Source: Octopus vulgaris (lineage: Eukaryota). From it: DNA of 64,000 nucleotides. Within the stretch, counting starts at the first letter, position 1. Each line of letters starts with the position of its first letter. Below, in pieces: positions 56,540-64,000 of this stretch. Below the pieces are notes generated by a model that saw only the letters and a list, made by a program, of their open reading frames with translations, ran no database searches and was not told where the DNA came from. The stretch lies in contig OX597825.1 of NCBI GenBank assembly GCA_951406725.2, positions 89,032,001-89,096,000 of the forward strand, read 5' to 3'. The position numbers and the translations under genes were made by a program.

Positions 56540-56745
56540 GATGATCTGTCAGAATTATTAGCACCTCGGACGAAAATACTTAGTCGTATTTCTTCTAGTT
56601 TTACTCTCTGAGTTGAAATTGCTCTGGGGTCGACTGTCTTACCATTCTTTCGAAGTCGATAAAATAATTACTAGATGAGCTCTGCAATCGATATAATCAA
56701 ATAGCCCCCGTTCTCTCCACTCCAAAACGTCAGGCCTGGTACTTA
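56540..56745 (+). mobile_element. Degenerate SINE (29913 family)
   Basis: cagaattattagcacctcggacgaaatacttag..gtcgataaaataattactag..tcgatataatc. Confidence 0.7.
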
Positions 56746-56749
56746 TAGC

Positions 56750-57347
56750 TTGGAAGCTCGATGCGCACAAAGGTTTTGTGTTAAAGTTGGCAAAAACGGT
56801 TTACTTTTTCGTTGACACAAGAGATTCATGGGCAGAAGAGACGTAGTGAACGATGATGAGAGGTGTGAGAGTGGGAGAGATGTTAGAAAATCAGAGCTAG
56901 TTGAGAAAATTCGCAATTGTGTTGATGTAAAATATCTTGTGTCTATAAAAATAATAAGCTTAAAGTCTGGAATTGGTGTGCAAACTGTATATAGAATTAT
57001 TCATGAAAATCAGAAAATGCGCAAAGTTTCTGCAAAACTTGTTCTCAACCAACTACTTGATGCGAATCGGCATCAAAACCGCCCCCCACACTCCTACAGT
57101 CTAGATCATAATCGTTGTCAGTCTTGGTTGTTGCCCAAACTGAAGAAGAACATCAGGAACTGTAGTTTTGAAGATGAAGAGAGCTGTGACTAGAGTTCCG
57201 GACACCCTCACTATAGGGGACATCTACGGGACCATCACGACGTGGCTGGAACACTACAAGTGCATTCAAGTCAGGTGCGAATTTTGTACTTCTTTGAAAT
57301 AATTAAATTTCTCCTAAAATGTCTGAAAACTTCTGGAGTGTATCTTG
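56750..57347 (+). mobile_element. Internally deleted mariner element (family of 22964-23720)
   Basis: DDERC..R..ELVEKIR..TVYRIIHE..MRKVSAKLV fused to PHSYSLD..C..WLLPKLKK. The 3' TIR ends tcttg|ta. Confidence 0.8.
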
Positions 57348-57511
57348 TAGATATTATTAAATTATGTAATTTCTAAATGCGCGACATCAGAAACAAAAGA
57401 ACCTATCGGTGTAATTGAGTTGTTAAAAGGTTTCTATGAATATGCGATGCAAACGTCACATGGAGACTGGTTAAAGTTATTCATAAAGTTAAACGCAGTA
57501 GTTGTACTGAC

Positions 57512-57800
57512 AAGTAATATTCGTACCCACTTCAACATGGCTGTCCGTTCAAGCGGACTCTACTGCGATTTTTTAACCCCTCTTCTCAGTACTGAAGAGC
57601 GGCAGAAATACCCGAAATCAGGAATGGTCTACTCGTCCCGTCGCAAGGAGATGGTAGGAGTTCGCCTCCCTGATGGCAATTTTATCGGAGGCAGCTGGGC
57701 ATCGTTAACCAGCTAGAGGCGATGTCCTCTTGAGGTTCAAAAATCGCAGTTGAGTCCGCTCAAACGGACAGCCACGTTAAAGTTGCTACGAATATTACTT
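57512..57800. mobile_element. 289-bp element with 69-bp inverted termini enclosing a hammerhead motif
   Basis: Arms at 57512-57580 and 57732-57800. The right end abuts (CA)n/(TA)n. Confidence 0.85.
57588..57633 (+). ncRNA. Type I hammerhead ribozyme motif with GUC cleavage site
   Basis: AGTA-CTGAAGA-GcGG(cagaaata)CCC-GAA-ATCA(GGAA)TGGT-C-TACT. All three stems can form in cis. Confidence 0.7.
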
Positions 57801-57802
57801 AT

Positions 57803-57890
<88 letters not shown>

Positions 57891-57892
<2 letters not shown>

Positions 57893-58005
57893 TTTTCAAA
57901 AGAAGATTTGTTTTTTCTAGCTCCGAGCTGCGAAAACTAATAAGGAGAGTACAGGAGGCGGTCGAAAAAACCAGCTTCTATATATGGCTGAAGCTGGAAG
58001 ACTGA
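57891..58005 (+). mobile_element. C-terminal tip of a HERO/NeSL-like RLE retrotransposon
   Basis: ELRKLIRRVQEAVEKTSFYIWLKLED* resembles the EAAEKASFWLWLKR terminal motif. Confidence 0.5.
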
Positions 58006-58848
58006 AAAGGGCTTGAAAGTCATAACATGCCGGCGGGAAATAACATCATTAGGTGAGACAAGCTGACACTGAATCAGCTTCGCTGACTGACAAGTGACGG
58101 TCGTTTAGAGAATGCGCAGGCTAAAACTACGCGCCTTCATTAGTCAGTTAAGGTGAGACAGTGTCACGTGACAGCTTGCTCGGGCTGCCTCCTGGAGACT
58201 ATCGGCAGGTATTTAAAGGGAAAATTTCACAAGCCAGTCAGTCACCGGTTGACACTCGCTGACGATACATCGAAGAGGCCAGGGAACAGAAGAAAGAAGA
58301 AGAAAGAAGGCATGCACCCAACACCAGAGCTGAAGACACCTCCGAAGGGGGGCCCCGCCGCGTCAAAACGGTAGACGAGTAGGGGCCGAAACCGGACGTG
58401 GTTCCTCCTGATGATGTCTTGAGCTAACTGGATCCTATAAAGGAGCTGTTGTGGTAGCAGACCACGAAACACGGTGGTAATTCCTATTTATATATTTATA
58501 TATATTTATATATTTATATATTTATATACTTATATACTTTTTTAATATTCTTATATTTTTTAAATTTTTACTCTTTTTTACATTTTTTACTCTTTTACTA
58601 CATTTTGCACCTACTACTCTCCCCCTTTGTGATCCTAACTCATTAAAGATTCACCCCCAACCCCTTCCCTCTCTATCTCAACATCCAATCTCCTCATTCT
58701 ATATCGAGTGAAAAACGGGATGGACGCTTTGATTTTGTTTTGGTGTCTCGCTCTGTTGTACACGACTAGGAGGATTTGCATCCCCAACATAAATCGTCTT
58801 TTTCCCAAACTTATATTGTAATACATGTCCTTGAAGTAGTAACTGTAC

Positions 58849-58936
58849 GCGGCTGAAGAAGGCTATTGAAATACATATTACATCAATTATGCATTGATAG
58901 AAACCGTCTAATAAAAGCCAGAAACATATGCACCGC
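58849..58936 (+). ncRNA. Hammerhead-like motif with long stem II insert (variant or degenerate)
   Basis: GCGG-CTGAAGA-A-GGCT..51 nt..AGCC-A-GAAA-CATATG-CA-CCGC. Lies ~40 bp upstream of (TA)n, as in other pLTR ends. Confidence 0.6.
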
Positions 58937-58970
58937 TAAATCCTTTGCATCATGGTTTTATTTTGATAAA

Positions 58971-59133
<163 letters not shown>

Positions 59134-59149
59134 GTACACGTACATGTAA

Positions 59150-59570
59150 AGGAATTTTGGATGTTGATTGGGAGAGAGAAGCACAAGACCGAAACAGATG
59201 GAAGAAAGGAATGAACAGTGACTGTTCGGAGTTTGATTAGAGAGAGAATGAAGCACGAGAAGATCCAGAGAAAGCTGAATGAAGCAATATAAAATGAAGG
59301 GCCGTTGATTTTTATGTGTATCATTTCTAGGAGGCTTATGCTTATGTCGTGCACAACTGGTCAGCCATCAAATTATGATACGGCTATTGTTGACAACATG
59401 TGCAACGTGTGGAATGCTGTGCCGTTTAGTTGCAAGATTAAAGGGAGATGTAAAAATACTTCATTCTATGGCGCCGGTTCATTCTGTCAGCCCACACAAC
59501 TGTGCATTGTGCAATAAAATGTGCAAATCATTGGCGGGGCTCATGTGTCATATAAGGGTCTTAAACTGGA
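59150..59570 (+). mobile_element. RTE-clade LINE 3' remnant
   Basis: [19 protein letters not shown] and the terminal finger CALCNKMCKSLAGLMCHIRV. Confidence 0.65.
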
Positions 59571-59651
59571 CTATCAATAGCTCGTTTCATTTATTCTTTC
59601 TAACAAAGAAAGCATCCATTGTATCAATACGTATATTTATGTATACTTATA

Positions 59652-60335
59652 TCTATATATATAAAACTCAACTTGTGTGTCTGTGTGTGTATCTGTGTGT
59701 GTATCTGTGTGTGTGTCTGTGTGTTTAACTTCCCGGCAAATCGTAGAACCACCATAAATGGGTCACTTAAAGTTTAGGCGAATGACAATTTAACTGCGCT
59801 ATTTCTGTTCCGAAATTCATCTCGCAAGTGCAAAAATTGATAAGGTGTTTGTTTAGGCCTTATCCCATGCATTGAATAGTGAACTTTACTCAGTCAGCTG
59901 TTTGACATGAATTGTGTTTACCACGCGTGCAAGCATGCGTAAATTGCATGAAAAATAAAAAATCAAGATATAAAAACGAATCGCCGTAAACATTGTAGAA
60001 ATTCGGCAAAGAAAAGAATTTTCGGGATGTAGCGTGGAGGGTTTTTTTCGTATTAATCTTTTGGACTTTGTGAACACATACCAATTGTTTTCATAACATT
60101 TTTAACGCTTTGAATTAAATGTGACCATTTTGCGTTGAGTCTGCAGTTTGAATCACTTTAACTAAATTTTAGCAGGCCGGATTTTTGATCATCACGATAC
60201 ATCGCCAGCGACTCACTGAAACTCTCCCCTGAAATACCCGTTGAGAAATCTATTATATATATAATAATACTTTGAATGTGACTCGTGAGAAAGAGTAAAA
60301 GTAATTATCCGATGAACGACGGGTATTACTGCTAG
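59652..60335 (+). mobile_element. Complete non-autonomous Helitron (684 bp)
   Basis: A|TCTATATATATAAAA start, internal (GTGTCT)-like repeats, decayed subterminal hairpin ccgatgaacgacggg, and CTAG|T end. Confidence 0.78.
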
Positions 60336-60378
60336 TATATATATATATATATATAGACTTACACACTCACACACACAC

Positions 60379-60416
<38 letters not shown>

Positions 60417-60446
60417 AGACAGACAGACAGACAGACAAACAGATAT

Positions 60447-60545
<99 letters not shown>

Positions 60546-61221
60546 TGTACATACAAGATGCACAACGGAAGAAAATACAATACTACAACTAGCATCATTT
60601 GAATTGGCAAAGCTAAAGGATGATGGGGAAAGCTAAAGGATGCAAGTTTCAAGACGTAAATAAAGACATCTCCTGGTAAAGACACCCTATTTAAATATGC
60701 TATGTCTATATATAAAATAGTTTCTGCAGCTCGATAAACACAGTAAATCCTTATTTTAATTAACATATTGACAAGCCAAAAATATTTTATAACAAAATCA
60801 AGAGGAACAGAGACACAGAGTTAATTGTCCATTAAACAAGACGAAGTAGTGTAATATAAATCGATAATTACAATTAGATATGGAAATCTGCATTTAATGA
60901 AATGATTAATATAAATGTTAATTACCAAATTATTTACGCAAATTAACAAAGAGACATCCATTGAACAGTACAGTTATGAAAAGTAATCTAATTTAATCTT
61001 ATAACCCATAAAGTTATTACCTAGTTCGTTTAATAACGGCTATAGTGAAATGAGTATATATGTATATATGAAGCAATCTGGTATTTCATTAATTTGGCTG
61101 CATAGAAGGCCACTGGCGATGCGATCAGTTATTCACACACAAAAGTAAATGGGTCTCTTTCGCATTCTCTCTGTCATCTGTGCATATTTATATATATATA
61201 CATATGAGTGTGCTCTCATGT

Positions 61222-61265
<44 letters not shown>

Positions 61266-62934
61266 TATTAATTATCTGGAGTGGTTTTGTAACTTATAAT
61301 AATCATATATATCATACATTCAGCAGCGCGCACAGCTTCGTCACGAAAATACAAGGAAAACGAAATTGTACCCCAATATGCATATTGACTTCTAAAGTAC
61401 ATCGGGACGGACACGACTGGCATCGGTGAATCTCAAAATGAGAAAGTTATGAGAAACAAATTATATGAAAGATATCTTTGAGATGCTCAACCAATTCTAT
61501 CAATCTCTCATTACTTATACAAAAATACGTGTTTATCAATTAGAATATGTAATGTATATGAATGGGTATTTGCATTTCTTTACGAGTTGAGAGAGAAAAA
61601 TCGTTGCCGTATAATTATAGAAAGAAAGCAAGAACAAAATGATTCCAATGCTGCAATAAAAGCAAAAGCTGAGAGAATATTCTGGAAGGTTAACGATTGG
61701 AAAAGTAAATAATTAGTCTAAGAATAAACTATATTCTTTTTATATTCTCATTTCTCTCTTTTCTCATTTGTTCTCTAATAATTGAAAATGTAATTCATTT
61801 CAAGATGGAAATTGTCGATTATTATGCTCCAATACACACATATATGTATGCGAACGTTTTTTGTGAGGTGTGTATATGTTCGTGTATGTAGGGTTGTATA
61901 TGCGTGGTGTATGTCTTTGTTAGGGTTTATTGTAAAGAGAACTTGCCGGCATTTGATATTTAAAATGTCGACGACACTTCAGTATGATTATTTTATTTTA
62001 TATTGTGTGTTAATTGTACAGAAAACGATGTGGACTCCGCTACATTGTGACGGATCAGCACTGAGTTTGAATATTAATTTTTGGATTTATGTGTATAGCA
62101 ATGTGTATAGATTCTGTATACAGTTCCTTGTGGTTCATATATATGAACAACTGATAAACAGATTACAATATCCGTAGTTTAACGTCGGGTGAATTTGCTC
62201 AATATTCGTTAATGCATCACATTTCAATAATTATACCAGCCGGTGCTTCAAATTACACATACACAAACACACAAGTCAGATGTAATCATTTTCCTTACAG
62301 ATTCACGCTTCTAGGAAATCTTCAACTGGAATTCACTGGGAGATATAATTTCCATACAGTCGATGGTTTCATAGATTCTGGGATTTCAGTTTTGAGATGT
62401 ACTCACCGATTTTCAGACATCATAATCTGAAACCTGATCAACATATAACATAAAGCTGCTCAGTTGATTCATATCGTTTATAGTAAATAAAATTCTAGGA
62501 AATTTGTTAGTGAACGGATTGTATATAATCTGTCTAATTGCATAGCGTCGACCGAGTCACGAAATAATATAAATTTATTTCATTAGAGGATAGTGGACCA
62601 AAGCAGGATACCTGAAGATATAGATAAAGAGTAATAATTTTATTCCATGCACTCTAAGAATAAACAGCATTCACTTACGGCAGCGCTCGAACGGTCGATT
62701 CTAATTCCCCTCTTTCGCATTTCAGTTATAAATATATATATCTTCGTTACAATATCATACATCAGGAAAAGACCATACCCTATAAGAGCAGTTGTTTGTT
62801 TTTGTATGTGTATATAAATATATATGCATGTGTATAAATATCTACATGTATGCATATTTATATATGAATGTGTGCTTATAATATATATATATATGTATAT
62901 ATATGATAAATTAATAAATAAAACATATGCATAC

Positions 62935-62969
<35 letters not shown>

Positions 62970-62991
62970 CATACACACATACATACATACA

Positions 62992-63136
<145 letters not shown>

Positions 63137-63358
63137 AGCAAATGTGTTGTTGAAAATGCACCTAAATTTGAAAAACTCGTAATTGTTTAAAATACATTTA
63201 TTTACATATATACCAAACTAGTGTCAACAATACTTTTTGTTTATCAATGGTAAAACTTTAAAATTATGAATGAGCAAAAACATCTTTAAAAGTTTCAATA
63301 TTGACAAATTAAAATGTTTCAATGTCAACGAATTGAAATGTTCAAAACAGATAAATTT

Positions 63359-63770
63359 AGTATTGTGATGGGAACCAGGATAACCACCACTTTTGCCAAC
63401 CTTGTCATTGCATGCTTGGGAGTGCAAATAAACGAACACGCTAGACTGAAATTTGGAGGCAACTTCCAAAAATACTTACTCACCAACTGGAAACGCTACC
63501 TGGATGACTGTTTCATCCTATGGTCACACAACCTTAAACAACTCTCAAAATTTAAAAAACTTAATCAACAGCATTGACAACAGTACCCAGTTTACAATGG
63601 GATACTGCCACAAACAATTACTCTTCCAAGACATCTTAATCATAAAGAAAGATACTGAAATTGAAACCGACATCTTCTTCAAACCAACGGACTCAAAACA
63701 ATATGTTCTATTCTCCCAAAACATACTAAATTGAATATACCCTTCAACTTAGCGAGGAGAATGTGTACGG
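63359..63770 (+). pseudogene. Decayed PLE reverse transcriptase fragment
   Basis: VMGTRITTTFANL, WKRYLDDCF, a frameshift, QFTM..LLFQDILI..TDIFFKPTDSKQY, NIPFNLARRMC. Confidence 0.85.
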
Positions 63771-64000
63771 CCAATCAAAACCGAACTTCATCAAATAAAA
63801 CGAGATAACCCTTTAAGAGGATCAACCAACTGGAATGACTGATGACTGTCTCCACAAGGAGGCCAACCAGGCAGAACGACAAGCTTGACCACCGGAAAGC
63901 AAGACGTCACCAATATTTTAACTAATCAAAAATCAGATCTGCTCTCAGGAGAAATTATAAATACATCTGATCCCAAAACATACTACCACAAGCAAAATTT

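Noticed and set aside
58400-58485. CTGATGA...GAAA pair with a long internal stem as a further hammerhead
   Set aside because: Stem I cannot form and stem III is poor.

Overview
AT-rich, microsatellite-saturated eukaryotic DNA. The SINE families, (TA)n/(CA)n/(TAA)n/(TATC)n density and transposon spectrum suggest a coleoid cephalopod such as Octopus; this is inference, not a database result. No host protein-coding gene is recognisable, and almost all listed ORFs are microsatellite translations or transposon fragments. The window holds a young 5'-truncated Penelope-like element (PLE; RT + GIY-YIG, open frame), several decayed PLE ends, and a nest of R4/Dong-like RLE LINE fragments in (TAA)n tracts with three copies of a non-coding companion element. 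It also holds a Tx1-like LINE inside a (TATC)n tract, CR1/RTE/HERO-like fragments, mariner/Tc1 relics, two non-autonomous Helitrons and many tRNA-derived SINEs. Three signals stand out. (i) About eight hammerhead-ribozyme motifs of differing architecture occur, including an A6U core variant shared by two copies and one ribozyme inside a 289-bp inverted-repeat element. (ii) About ten long fold-back/palindromic structures occur, mostly next to microsatellites. (iii) An 88-nt pre-miRNA-like hairpin lies in unique sequence at 40177-40264. All structures were read by eye and none was computed.
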